Assembly: GCA_036172245.1 (NCBI GenBank) | Contig: JAYWIR010000002.1 | Coordinates: forward strand, 1,178,001-1,242,000 | Direction: 5' to 3' | Origin: Raillietiella orientalis | Lineage: Eukaryota | Length of the DNA stretch: 64,000 nt | Shown here: in pieces, positions 37,745 to 50,399 of the stretch | How the letters are laid out: every line of letters starts with the position of its first letter | How positions within the stretch are numbered: the first letter of the stretch is position 1 | Notes under the pieces: generated by a model | Told to the model about the DNA's origin: nothing | Seen by the model: the letters and a program-made list of their open reading frames with translations, nothing else | Database searches by the model: none | Made by a program: the position numbers and the translations under genes

Positions 37745-39770
37745 GTCTCCTTGCCATATTCCTCGGGGCACTGGCACGTCGTAAATCTGGCGACCGCTGA
37801 AACCGATGTTGATCGCGCCAAAGAGAGAGCAAGTACTGGAGCAAACTGTAGGGACAGCCTTGTTCCAGCAGGAGATCCTGGATCACTCAGTCAAAAGCCT
37901 TATAGAGATCGACTGCGACCTCCAGAGCATCTGCTCCTCCATCTGCCTGCGAGTATGCCGGCTGTGGCCACCTATACGGACCACCTGCTTCTCCCGCTGC
38001 CCATGTCCACCCCGACGGCTAGTCTCGAGGATTTCTTCGTGCTGCTTTCCGTCAGAGAGCAGGCGTGAGCGTTAACAGGAGGAAGAGCACGGTCGTTCCA
38101 GTCGGACCTTTTCAAGGTCCGCAAGAAAGCATCCCGGACGGACCCGGTATATTTTCTTCCTGCGGGCCTTCAAAAGGATGAAATGGCTCTTGACCCATTC
38201 CTCGATGGCGAGTTCTTTTCAGAGCTGACCGCAATTTGGAACGTTTTCGTTGCCCCCCTCCTTCACTCTCTATTTTTGGTTTCTTTGCCAGGCTACTCGG
38301 TCAAGATCGGAGCGCGACGACTGTTGTGAAACGTTTTGTAGCGACCTGCGACGTCGAGGATCCGCCTTAAAGACTTGGCGGCACCTCGTCAGGATGTTGG
38401 TTTAGGCATCCTGACTCCGGAAAGAATCAGGCTTCAGGTGCAGTTTCAAATGCTGACACTTTGCTCCAAGCTGTGGAATTTCCCGTGGTGTACACCAGCA
38501 CACCTCATCCTTCGGAGATGGGCCGGCAGCGGAGGAATTATATCTGCGTTGCTGTCGCACTTTCGCTCCAGAATGCAGGGACTTGGCTCCTCCCTGAGGC
38601 AACTTCTCTCCATTCTGGTTGCCCATCCGTGAATTTCCTGGCGCCCAAAGAACTACAATGGCCTGGATGCAGGAGGCGGGCTGCAAATCCAGAGGAGCTT
38701 TGCCTCCCTACGTCTCTTCATCAGCCATCCTTTGGATGAAGTGATGCCGAACTCTGCGAAGTGGTCGACTCTGGCCGCCACACTCCTTGCCGCAGTGCTG
38801 TCTTCCCTCGTAGAAAACAATGATTTGCCTAATAGAGGGGTGGGAGTTTTCCATTAAGGAAAGACAAAACCCCTTGGTGTCTGGAGGACGCGCGAGTTGG
38901 CGGACAGCGCCACCCCGTGTACCATGGCGAAGGGACTACCTTGGCGAAGCCGCTGCTAAATGCGTCCCCCAACGAACCAGTGATCCCTCCCCTGTGTCGG
39001 AGCACCTCGGTGTCTCTGTGGGAGTGGAAGCGCAAGGTGCTGCTGTTTTTTCCTCGGAGACTCCAGTGCAATCAGTGCTGGCACCGGGGGCACTCCGGGG
39101 GAGCATCCCCGAATGCTGCATCCCCGAACTGCGCCAGGTGCGAGCCCGCGTAGTCGATGCTGCACCTGCTATACGACTGTGGTGTCCTCCACGAACTGTG
39201 GCGGAAGCTGACTTGGGCTCTCCAGCGACAGGAGGACACTGCCCGTGATCTGCCGCGGAGTTCGCGTGTGGCGGACTCGCGGCTGGTGGAGCAATGTGTC
39301 GCGTCCGCGCCATCGTCACGACCCGCCCTGTACTGCCTACGCAGACGTAGCGAAGGGGAGTCACCGTCACGGTAGCCGCCTCCATGAGGACGGCTGCTAG
39401 ATGGCCTCACCTAAGGGAAGACCAGATGGAGATTGCCGGCATCCAGCGCCAGTTCTAAAAAGAAGGAACGGCCGAGACCGGTAATTCGTGTTCCCACCCT
39501 CCACTTATTTATTTACTTATTTTTTTGTCTCCTCTCACTTGTTCCGGACATTCTTCGTTTTTTTTTTTTTCTAGAAGAAACGAAACTAACCAAAGACTCG
39601 TGTCCCCACATTTTCCATTCCGTTATTCGTTTATTGTCCCTTTCCCTTTTCTTCCGTCCCCTACTTTGAAATGTCCCGACCTGCATTTAAGTGGCCCTCC
39701 TCCCCTCGAACTTCTTTTGTCTTCGGTTGGAAGCCGAGTTCCCAATTGGTGAATTCTTTATTAAATGAGC
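37745..39770 (+). mobile_element. Tx1/L1-like element, RT domain 4 to 3' end
   Basis: AVATYTDHLLL..LEDFF (RT5); SPNCARCEPA*SMLHLLYDC (zf-RVT); C-terminus RWPHL...EIAGI; T-rich 3' UTR ending near ATTAAA. Confidence 0.75.
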
Positions 39771-40950
39771 GCCCCCTTGCAGCAGAAGGTCGAAACTGTT
39801 CGGCGATTCCGCCGCGGACACGCGCCTCTTCGCGTCGTTCCTCAGACCATTGATGTTTCGCACAGCCGTGAGGATGGTGCTGCGCGAAGAAGCTGATCCT
39901 CTCACCTAGGAAGGTGCCGTTTTTTCAGCCTTCCCCGTGGCAGGGGAGGCTGTCCGCAGAGCTGGAGCAGCTGCATCGCTGTCATTCGTTCTTTCAGTAG
40001 CCTCGTTCTCCTCTTCCTGCGAAGATCCAGGAAGGTGGGATGTCCACGCTTCCTCCAGAGATGTGCCGGAGGGACTCACCTTTTCCGACATTCCCCCAAT
40101 TCCCTCCTGCGAGATCTGGAACTTGGCCCACATGCCCTGCTCGGGACGTCGACTCCTTTTCGGCGTCCGACATCTCTGTTTTAGGCTCCCGAGCACGAGA
40201 TGATTCTGAGGGAAGTTTCCCTTTCCCTTGGAGGCGCCAGCTCCGAAAGAGTTGAGAGCGCTGATGGGAGTAAAGTCTCAATCCTCCTCTCTATTTGTCT
40301 CCTGCGCGCTTTCATCTCTGACAGTCATCTCGACCGCTGGAGTTTCTCTTTCTGCCGCGAGAGGTATCAATCCCTCCGCAATATTTCTGGGGAGCTTCCG
40401 GCTTTCTTTTTGCGGTGAAGTCGCCTTTTCGGCCTCAGGGCGATGTGCCTACTGTGCGTCGTTCGACCTTAGGGATTCGTATCACTGCCTACCGTTGCTT
40501 TTTCCGGCTCGTGGGCTGCCTGCACGTGTCAATTTCTTTAGTCCCTTCTTTTTTTCCTGGAGGCATGGTTTCTGTGCTCCTTTTCCGATTGCATCAGCCG
40601 GACACGTGACTTGCACGTGTCCCAGATGATCGCAGCGGGTACGCCTGAGCTTGCGGGAACACCTCCTGCAGGTGCCCCGTGGCTTCACAGAGACCACAAA
40701 ATTCGGACTTGCCCACTTATCACATATCGACGATTCGTTGTCGACGTGCAGTTCTTGTGGGGTGGCCAACCTGCTTGTCACGGTTAAGCACACTGCGGCC
40801 ATTCTACTGCACGTTTTCAAGGAGCAACATGCCACGATTTGGCGCCATTTTGCATGCACAATGCCGGTAGCTCGATCACCACCGCTCCCTTGGACACATC
40901 GACAATGATCCCCCTCAGATGGAAGACCATCGGTTGTACTTAGGGATGAA
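39771..40950 (-). mobile_element. Tx1/L1-like ORF1 (CCHC knuckles) and start of the ORF2 APE endonuclease
   Basis: FCGLCEATGH / RTRCDHLGHVQVTCP zinc knuckles at ~40600-40700; ORF2 start RNINGLRNDAKRR...FDLLLQ at 39780-39905. Confidence 0.7.
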
Positions 40951-41065
40951 GAAAGTCTTCCCGTCCTGACATGCGAGTCTGCGAACCCTCCCAGCTGAGC
41001 TTGTTTCTCTTTTTTTTTTTTTTTCAACGAATCACAGGGGACCACGTTCCTTGTTTCATATGGTT

Positions 41066-42930
41066 TCATTTTCCATCAAAATAAACGTCCCGGTGCAACC
41101 GGGTGAAAAGTCTTTTGAAGGCAGTCCGACCACGCTTCGGTGACTCCAAATACGGCCAACGGAAAGCTAAGGTTCTTGAAATACCTGCCGATAGGGGTTT
41201 CCAGACGGATCCAGCCAGACTACTTCTCCCACGTCGCGCCGACTGGGACGACCGTGCTCTTTCTTCTGTTAATGCCCACGTCCGCTCTTCGAGCCTGAAG
41301 AAATCCTCGAGCTTAGCCGTCGGCATGGACATGGGCAGCAGAAGAAGCAGGTGGCCCGCATAGGCTGCCACGCCTGGAGTACGTGGACGGGGGCTTGGCC
41401 GTTTGGCCAACGTCAGCTTGTGCGCCTTTAGCAAGAACTCAAATAAGATACTGAAGAACAGGAGGCTTGAACTGTGGCCCTGCCCGGTGCCTCTGCTAAC
41501 GGGAACACCGTAAACGTGGCAGCCGCTGAAAGAAGTGCTGGTGACCGCCTGGGACAGCAGCAATGACATAGCAGATGTTTCAAGAGACCGAGGCGCTCCA
41601 GGAGCTCGAGAAGAAGCTCTTGGTTGATGCAGCCGAACGCCTTATAAAGATCACTGCGGCTGCCAAGGTTTCTGGCGTATTCTCCCGCTGACTATACCTA
41701 CGTACTACACCGCCTCTCTGCTGCTCGGCTTTAAAGCGCGAGCCAATCCTGCAGCGTTATTCACTCATCCACACCCATGCAAACAAGAGTTTCGCGCCAA
41801 TGGACCGCCCGGGCAAAGCACAAGTGGTCTGCTCCAGGTTTACCAATGACTTCGCAGCCCTTTCTAGCCGCAGGCCCACAGCTTCGAGAACAAGTCGACG
41901 TCCTGGTTCACCAAGGTCATAGGATGCCAGCTGTTTAGATGGAGCAAGTCTCCATCTCTCGGCAAAAAATGCATCTTCGCCAAGCGTGAGTCAGGTACAT
42001 CGCCCGTCTCCCTCATCAACCCCCAGAGCTTAAGCACTAGGGAAGCTAGAGTTCTGCTCCCAGCATTGAAAGGAATCCGCAAGTACGCCATCCTCACTTG
42101 GCACCGCCCTCCCTCTCTTGAACGCCGAGATGGCGAAAGAAACTCGTTCTTTGGTGAAGGGCTCGTCGAGACGTGCGCTTTCCTCCTCGTCCACGGCGGA
42201 AGTTTCCTGTGGCAGGAGTAGTTGGGAAAAGTTGCTTTCCGTCGGCGCCTCCGCTTACAGCAAGGAGCATTTTGGCCTGATAATGCGACATCTACACTCC
42301 TCATTTGCTGCAGGAGATGCTAGAAAACCCACGAGATCCCCCCGTGAGCATCGTTTGCACCCTTTGCTGAGATGCTACTGTCCCTAAGGGAAGCAAGGAA
42401 CAGTCGCAATCCGACAAAGTGGGAAAGTCACCTACTGCATTGCAGCAAAAAGGAGAATTCCGGACAACACGGGAGATTACGGAACTCTGCGACCCTGAGT
42501 GTCCCACCCATTAGGACTCGTACGCTGGAGCAAGCTGCTCGGAATTACTCCAGAGGATCTGAAGCGTCCACCAGAGTGCCGGAACAACGGCACCGTCCCT
42601 CTCAAGTGGTAGGAGTTGACGCTGCTGGTCATGCATCGAAGAATCCCATGCAAAGTACGCCTTCATCACTGGACCCAGGTGAGTGTGGGCGAGAAGTGTG
42701 ACAGGTGCTGGGAAAAGAAGATCCTCCCGCACCTACCTCTAGATTGTGCTGTCCTTCCATCCCTTTGTCTAGCGATTCGGTGCTTAGAACCTTGGTGAGC
42801 GACCCCAGAAACATTTTTAAACAACTCTTCGTGCATGCCGTGCTGCTCGAGTTCTGTGCTGTCTTTGCAGAGTAGTGGCGGTCTGGAAGGCGGCAAGAAG
42901 AGGCCAGAATGGAAGGGACGCCAATCAGTG
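41066..42930 (-). mobile_element. Tx1/L1-like element, end of endonuclease through RT
   Basis: FLPRDGDLLHLNSWHPMTLVNQDVDLFSKL (RT1-2); GVPVSRGTGQGHSSSLLFF (RT4); VAAYAGHLLL (RT5). Confidence 0.8.
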
Positions 42931-42934
42931 GTCA

Positions 42935-43260
42935 AGATTCTTCTTGAGGACCGCCGCGAGGTGGCTCCAGATGGGCAAGATGAGCAACGAACTTGTCAGC
43001 ATCCTGGATAGGATGCAGAGGTCGCCTAGCCGAGAGCCGTGATCCCTCCTTCCCCCCCTCCCTCTCAGAAAAGCTTTGGACCTTTTGTTCTTGTTTTCCC
43101 TTCTCTTTGTTTTTCTTTTCGTTTTTCCCCTTTCCCCTTCGTTGCAAAGGCGGACTTCTCCAGTCTGCGTACCGTCTCCTCAGCAAGTATTGTATCTCTT
43201 GGACGTGGTAAGACTGAGACTCTTACGATAACTAGTAATTCATCATTTTCATGATGAATG
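42935..43260 (+). mobile_element. Tx1/L1-like extreme 3' end
   Basis: ARWLQMGKMSNELVSILDRMQRSP* is homologous to NRWPHLSQQKELAGILQRMQKTP at 45630-45713; followed by a pyrimidine-rich UTR. Confidence 0.65.
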
Positions 43261-43299
43261 CTACGGCAAATCCCAGTGGAAAACGATGCCGAGTGCGTT

Positions 43300-45960
43300 G
43301 GCTGGAGCCGAGCATCCCGGGCCCTGGTTTCTCGCAGCTGCTGCTGCCGGAAGGTGCTCAACGATAGGGGAAGAGATGAGAGAAAGCATTCCGCGAGCCT
43401 TTCACGATCGGTGAGGTAATCACCACCATCGACAAGCCTAGGAGACGGAAAGCTCCAGGGAAGGATGATAAACCTGCAAAGTTCTTTCAATGCTCCGCGG
43501 CGGATCTGACCCCAATGGTGCAGAAGCTGACAATACCGATTCGGGAAACGGAGATATTCCCGTGTCGATCCGGTCAGCAAGGGGGCGTGTCTTACCTGAG
43601 GGAGGAGACCTGAGCAAGATCAGCAACTGGCGTCGGATTACCGTGATTATCAAGATGGACAAGTCGGATTATCAAGATGCCAAGCTGCTGGCAAAACTAC
43701 TGGCTGAGCGACTGGGACGGATGGCAGAAACCATAGCTAGCTCGGAACAGAACTTTGGCTGTTCCCGGGAGAAGTATGGACGATGCCAACCTGTTCTTCG
43801 CCGGTACATGGTTTGAGTTCCAGAACGAAAAGAACGCAATCGGTAGCCTGACCTTTGGGTCTCTCGCTGGTCAGGGGCTAAAAGGTCAGGCGGGGAAGGA
43901 GGCCCTTGAGAACGCAGTCGATTCGCACAACGCTTTCGGCTGCGTGGACGAAGTTCTTCCGGAGTGCTCCTGGAACGCATGGGCTTCCCGGACGCTTTAA
44001 TGACCTATCTGCGCTCCTTCTGGCACGGCGCGCTGATTAACGTTTCCTTTCAGCTGTACGGCGTGCCGGCGCGCTGCGGATTACGGCTGGGCGATGGTCT
44101 CAGCCCCTTGCTTTTCAGCACCTACTCTGAGATGGCGTTGAGGGCACACCTGGCTCACCTGCCGCGGGTGTGCCCTGGTACGCATGACGTGTCGGCGCAA
44201 GTCGGCGATCATCTGCTGCTGCTCTTCACCCCGGCATCATCTCTCGAGAGATTTGAGTTGTTGAGTCGGGGCACGGGTGTGAACCGGGCGAAGTCGTCCG
44301 CAAGGCGGCAGTTGAGGCGACTCGGGCTAGACGGCCGGACTGGATCCGCTCGGGGATTCCCATAGGCGGATACGTGTAGCACCTTGGCGTTCGGTTGGGG
44401 AAGTTCTGCCTAGCGGAAGCCTAGCGCGAACGTGTTCAGAAGGCAGAGTCAGAGCTCGGCTCGTTCCGAAATGGCAAGTCCCTCTTGTCGGAAAGAAAGG
44501 CCAGAGGAAACACGTTTGTGACCCCCATCCTCCGCCTCCTGCTTTGTGTTTGGCTCCGCCCGATAATGTACAAAGGCGGACCAAGGACGTTCTGCAAACA
44601 GCCTTCTGAGAAGCGTAGAGGTCCCGTGTCCGCTTAAAGGAATTGTGCGCTCCGTGTCAGGACGGTGATCTTGATTTCCTGACTCAGGAGCAGATGGGAC
44701 AGTTGCAGTTGAAAAGACTGGCACTGGAGGGAAAAATGACTTCACAACGCATTGGTGCCTGGCAGAGCGCATGCTCCTCGATGAGCCGAATCAGAAGGAA
44801 TTACATCCTTTTTTGATCTACAGCCCTCCATGACTACCTCGATGCAAGAATCACCTTCGGCAGATGGTTGCCTTGGTTCAGTAACATAATACATAGATCT
44901 CCAGTTCGCCCACGGAATGTAGTGTCTGGAAACAGGAAAGCGTTCAGACGTTGGCGAAGATGAAGGGCACGAGCTTGGAGGAAGCGCAACGTCTGCGGTA
45001 CTCCATTTAGGATCGCTGCTCCTTAAAGGAGATCATGGAAAGTCCCAGGAAAACCAAGTGGGCGCAAACAACAACACCTACGGCACTGGGTCCCTGTGTG
45101 AGAACTCAGATAGTAAAGAGATGGCATATTGGCAGAGTCCTTGCGAAGTTGCAGGAAGGAAGAAAGTTTTGGGTTGTTGGACATTGCGCCAGACAGCTGA
45201 CGCTTTCATCCTTGCTGCCCACTCCAAGAGAAACTTCTCCTCTGGGAGGATCTTCTCTGAATCCCCTTGGAAGGAGTGAATGTTCCCGCGGCTCTCGTGG
45301 GCAGCTCTATGCTTCCCCTGGAGTGACAGAATTCGCCGTTGCAACTGCTGCATCGGGCTCTCCCATGCAACGCCTCCACCACTGTATCGGGAGAAGGGTG
45401 GCTCCAGATTATGCCAGGTGCAGGTGCGGCGAAAGGGGAGCCTGGACTCACCGAGAGACTCGCGAGAAACTTGCTGAGAGGCTTTTTCACTTGCGGCGGA
45501 ATGTCGTCTGCGGCGTCGATCGCAGCTCTGTGCTGCTTACGCGGTGTCGTGGCGGTTAAATGCTGCGATGACGCTGAAGACCAGACCAACGGAGGCGCCT
45601 TTCCGTTGGTGATCTTTCTGAAAATGGCCAATAGATGGCCGCATCTCTCTCAGCAGAAGGAACTTGCCGGCATCCTGCAAAGGATGCAGAAGACACCAGG
45701 GAGTACACTGTGATCCCTTCGCTACCATCCCACCCCACCCCAACATTCCGGATTTTGGGGAGTTACATAGCTATTTATGTATTTATTTTGTCCATTTGCT
45801 TTCCCCCTCACTTTTCCCTGCGCGAATTTCTTGCTCCTGAGCAGTGACTTTCTCCAGGATTGCCGAAGCAGTGGGATCGCCGCCCTCCCACTGCGTACTA
45901 ATGGCTTTTTTTTTTTTCCTGACTGTTTTTTTGTGAACATTCTTTTGCAATGAACGTTCC
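43300..45960 (+). mobile_element. Tx1/L1-like element, RT to 3' end
   Basis: EPFTIGEV..KAPGKDD; LPEGGDLSKISNWRRIT; KLLAKLLAERL; VPGRSMDD; LERMGFP; GLRLGDGLSPLLF; VGDHLLL; C-terminus RWPHL..ELAGIL; T-rich tail. Confidence 0.85.
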
Positions 45961-46259
45961 GGCTTGACCAGGGTTCAAATACGCAGCGTCCGTTCTGATG
46001 GATGAAACAAATGATCGTTGTTGCATCGCGTCAGAGCGATCGCAAGTTCTTGAGCAAGCAGCAAGGAAAGCCAAGGTGTTCCAGGAGCGACAGAAAGAGA
46101 TCCTGGGTGATGCAGTCCAGTGCTTTGTGCAAACCGACCGCGATCTTTAGAGCATCCATCTCCTCTTCCCGTCTTCAAGTCCTGTTCCCCTTCCTTTTCA
46201 AGAGTTCTTTTTCTTACGAACCTTCTCTGCGCCTTTCTGCTGCAACCGCAGCCATGCCT

Positions 46260-48000
46260 TCTCTAGATAGACATGGGAATCCAAGTTCCTGAGCGACACA
46301 GCATACGTTTGCCTCGGGCTGATGGAGGAGCCGGCACACGTCCCAGGGCACAGCTCGAAGAACATTTTGACATCCGCATCAACCAAAGCAATGGGACGCC
46401 AATGCTCAGATAGCGAAGGTCTCCTCCTCTTGGGAGGAGACGTAGTCTAGCTGACCGGAAGGAGGCAGGCACCTCCTCTTTCTCACGGATCAGCACTGTA
46501 GGTTCCTGCAGCATGGGAGCAAATCCTTCCGTGAAACCTTGGGAAAACTCCGCTAGCATACCGTTCTTCCCTGACGCCTTTCTCATCTTGATCTTCCCGA
46601 TGGCAGTGATAGTCTTCGCCATCGAGAACGGGTCTTCGATCCGCCCACGTTCCTCCTCCCCGAAAGTGGAGGCGCAGCTCTACAGCAATCTCCGAGGTGA
46701 GGGACGTTTCTCTGGTGCCTCGGCGTAAAGGAAGGAGTAGAAGCCGCTTGTTGAGTACGGGACTCCAGAGGGGGGCCGAGCACTTCGGGCCGCGGTCGTC
46801 CAGAACGCAAGCTGTCCCTGACCACCAAATCTCGCTCTTGGCTCCGGAGTTTGGCATAACTGAGCAACTCGAACCGCGAGCAACTCGAACTCGAGCCTGG
46901 GGGGAGAAGCTCTGATGGAACCGACGTCACGTTTCCTCGTCCACCCACACGAGAGCACGCTTGTCCGTTGAGGGACGTGTGGTTGATCGCCTTCCGAATC
47001 CCAGGTTCTCCGATAAGCACGCATGGCACACACGGCTCGCTTACCCGCCCGCTCTGCGCCTGCGTGTATTTGTCAGCGGTCAACGGGAGGACAAGTCGCT
47101 TGCTGTCAGATAAGCGACGCTAAGACTCGCAGCTACTGTTCTACTACTATTCAGCTACTGTCCAACGAGGAGGTCGAAAGAATCTACGACCTGAATCGGA
47201 AGTGTAGCTTGCCACCTGGCGCGCAGATGCTGGTGGCCACTAAGACGATGGGTTGAACCACCTCTCTGGACGTTTGTCCGATGCCATCTTTTTCGTGTGA
47301 ACGCGTTATCTCGTCGGCGTCCTACAGCTACTTCACGAAGAAACCTCACGGGGACTCGTGGGGGTGCTCCGTCGCTCCCTGCAGGTTCAACTGGCCTCCC
47401 AGTAGACGCCAGGCGTCGGAGGGTGGATGCTCTCCGCTTAGGAGCGCCTCAAGCCCGACCCGGCCACGGTCCGGCAGCGTCGTTCGCGCTTTGTCTCGAC
47501 GACCAGCCCGCGTGCGCTGGTGGTCGTGGGGGAGTCGACGAAAACGCGGACTCCCCGCTCCCCTCCCCTCCCAGCCCTCTCGTGCACGATCCGATGTTTG
47601 CCGCACTCCGCAAGTATTCCCGTCCCTCCAGGCAAAGAGTAAAAACCTTTTTCCCGTGAGTGGGGAATTCTTCAAACCACCTGCCCCTGCCCGCATGAGG
47701 GAACACCAAGCAATGCACCTGCAGCGAACGATGTCACACCGAGGAACGTCAAGATCCAGAGTCCGTCCGAACACTGCGGCACAGAAGATGGATGGATTCG
47801 TCGTCTGCTGCAACCGCTCCTCGGACCGATGCTTCGTGCACAGAGAGCCTGTGGCGCGGCGATACCTGCAACCCACGCGCGGAATGCCACCTCTCGGAAT
47901 GGGTGCGATCGCGGAACCGGTCAACCAACAGCACACGCATGAGCTGAGCACGCCGCCGTCTCCATGCGTGCAGGTCCACCCAGGTGAGTCCGCGGCACTT
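46260..48000 (-). mobile_element. Tx1/L1-like element, APE endonuclease, linker and RT domain 1
   Basis: GRTLDLDV and PPSDAW (endonuclease); KASGKNGMLAEF...VPASFRSARLRLLPRGGDLRYLS (RT0-1). Confidence 0.75.
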
Positions 48001-48071
48001 CCGCACATCAACGCCATCAATATATGCCCCTGTTGCAACAACGGTTTATTCGTCTGCAAATCTACGGCTTT

Positions 48072-50271
48072 TTACTCCTCGAAAGCATCATCGTCTCCAT
48101 CACTGATATCTTTTGGATCGGCAAACAAAAATCCTTTGACTACGTATATAGTGAAGTTCTTTTCCATGTCAGATAAGATGATTTCCTTGCCATTCACAGT
48201 TTGCTTGCCTGAAACATCAACACCAATAATTGGGTTTCGTGCTTTCCCATGTACCTTTTGCATTTTCGTAGGTGATGTCCTTGCCACCCAGTGAACTGAA
48301 AGTCTGCGCTTGATTGAATTTGATTGTGCTGAATGACTTGCGTAACGCTATCAAGTTGAGGAGTGTTTCTTTGCCATAGTGTTCCTTAAACTTAGAAACA
48401 TCTGAATCGTCTCCAAGAACATCAACAATGTCGCTTTCCCGAGGGATGAAGACTGCGTAAGAGGTCTGGGCATCTACAAAGGAAACTGGCTGTTAAACGC
48501 AGAAACAGACTCACTCTTACACTAGCCGGCACCGATCACTCTATGAAGAAGAAAAGAGAAACGTTCACGAGTTCCTACTCTCATCAGCTCGTCAGAGAGC
48601 AGAGTCAGAGCGTGACCCAAGCTGACTCAAGAACGCGCGGGCTCGAGGATGAAAGGAGTGCTGCCGACGACGCTCAATTTGTTTCGGAATCCTGGATCGG
48701 ATCCTCGGATTGCTGCAAGTCGAGGGAGATTGGCAGAGATCGTCGCGCGAGGTGCACGTAACGACGAGCGCGGATTGTGGACATCAGTTGGATGCATGCC
48801 TTCTTGGGAAGAGGCTCGCGCTTTTGAACTGCGTGAAGTATTGTCTACCAGCCTCAATGCACAGGGACTGGTCATTGGGCATGCACTCCCCAGCCCAGTG
48901 GGAAAATCGCACTTCTTTAAGCAAGTTCGAATCTCATTGATGCATCGCCGGTGCCATTGCCATCCGTGCGGAATGCCTGCTGCCGCCACGGAAGCAGACG
49001 TTTCTCAGGGTTCAGAGCGTTAGCAGCAAAGCGAAAGTTCGAGACGATAACGAATGATCCACTCTGTCTGAAAAACCGAAGCATAACTGATTTCCTAGCT
49101 GGTGAGAGATAACGAATCCAAGATGGAAGTCGTAGAATTCACCTTGTGTTAGCATGCGAGGTGCCACTCTGGAGCAAGCCCGCTCCAAAGTAAGGAAGCT
49201 CGAGAACACAGATCAGGAGAAATCCACGCAGCTTCCTTAGCTATGCAACGTCGAGATCCTAGCCGCTTCTTTCACATTGCGGCATCCGATCCAGATCGGA
49301 GCAACGCGATCCACTCGCGCTTCTCGATTAAATCTATTAACCTTGCAGCTGGCGCCTGCTATGGGGTAGGCGAGCCACTTGGAACCGGCCCCACTCAACG
49401 TCTGCCTTAGCAGCGAAAACCTTGCAAGGCTCGAGGCGGACGAGTTCCATGCTCAAGAAGTGATCGTGGGTTCGAAGTCAGCCACGGAGTGCTTGATATG
49501 GGGAGATTGCCTGATCCTGCTTCCTCAGTCGTCGCGTGAGGAACGCCAACTTTACTAAAGAGGAAGGCAGCTCCTCCAAGGAAGGGGGGAAAGGACAGCC
49601 AAAGCTCGAGGACCCTGTCCAACCAATTCCGGCAGGCTTCTCGACACCCTTCCTATTCTGCAATCCAAAGTGAAAGTTCCCTTGACATTTTCGATGGCAC
49701 CTGACCACACGGGATTTCGGGAGCAACATTGGAAGAAGTGAGACAAAGGAAACAAGTCAAATACAAAAAGCTCTCGCACCCATTGCGAGAGCGTGCCATC
49801 ATCAACCGAGGGAACGATAATGCTGGGATACCCAAGGAAGGCGGCATCCACACAGCACTCGGGTCTCGTAAACGTGAAGTGCATATGAAGTGAGGACGGC
49901 ACTGCAGCGAAACTCAACATCTCTGGGACCTTCAACATCTAAAGCAGCTACCACTCATGATGAACCTCTGTGAGAGAGCCTTAAACAGCACGAAAAGGCG
50001 GTGGTGGAATCCCAAAGCATTTGAGACAGAGCACTGAACACGAATCGATATGTGAAGGAAACACACACTCACCTAATTCGGGCCATTCAAAGGCTTTGAA
50101 GTACTGAATGAGCGTCTGCTTATAATTCTGATTACTAGCTCGCTTCAAGAGAGTCAAGAGTGCACTGGGGACTTCCGCACTATTAGCAGACTTCTCATGC
50201 ACTGCTTTGCAATTGGCGAGGCCAACCACTCCACAGACGACAAGAAGAATGATTCCAGTTAGTTTGCTCAT
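48072..50271 (-). CDS. Secreted single fasciclin (FAS1)-domain protein, ~184 aa; exons 50271-50073, 48473-48255, 48208-48072
   Basis: Signal peptide MSKLTGIILLVVCGVVGLANC. Phase-1 GTGAGT donor at 50072 joins a TTTGTAG acceptor at 48474; second intron is 46 nt (48209-48254). Product ...FEWPELDAQTSYAVFIPRESD...LLNLI...TFSSLGGKDITY...TVNGKEIILSDM..FTIYVVKGFLF has the FAS1 H1/H2 motifs. AATAAA at 48045-48050. Confidence 0.8.
48700..49950 (-). mobile_element. Penelope-like remnant inside the FAS1 gene intron
   Basis: HFTFTRPE..DAAFLG...DDGTLSQWVR resembles IKFT.E.E...LPFLD...DG.L.T.VYRK; downstream GIY-YIG-like RCINEIRTC. Confidence 0.4.
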
Positions 50272-50399
50272 TGTAGCTTGAAGGAAGCTTGTAGAAGGGT
50301 CTGGAAGAGAAGGGAACAATCCGGTGAATGCCTGCACTGCGAGCGCATGCGTGACAAACATGCACGCAAGAACCACCACCAGAACGAGGAAGGCTTCGC

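Noticed and set aside
47281-48294. 337-aa plus-strand ORF
   Set aside because: Antisense to the Tx1 endonuclease remnant and to the last FAS1 exons.
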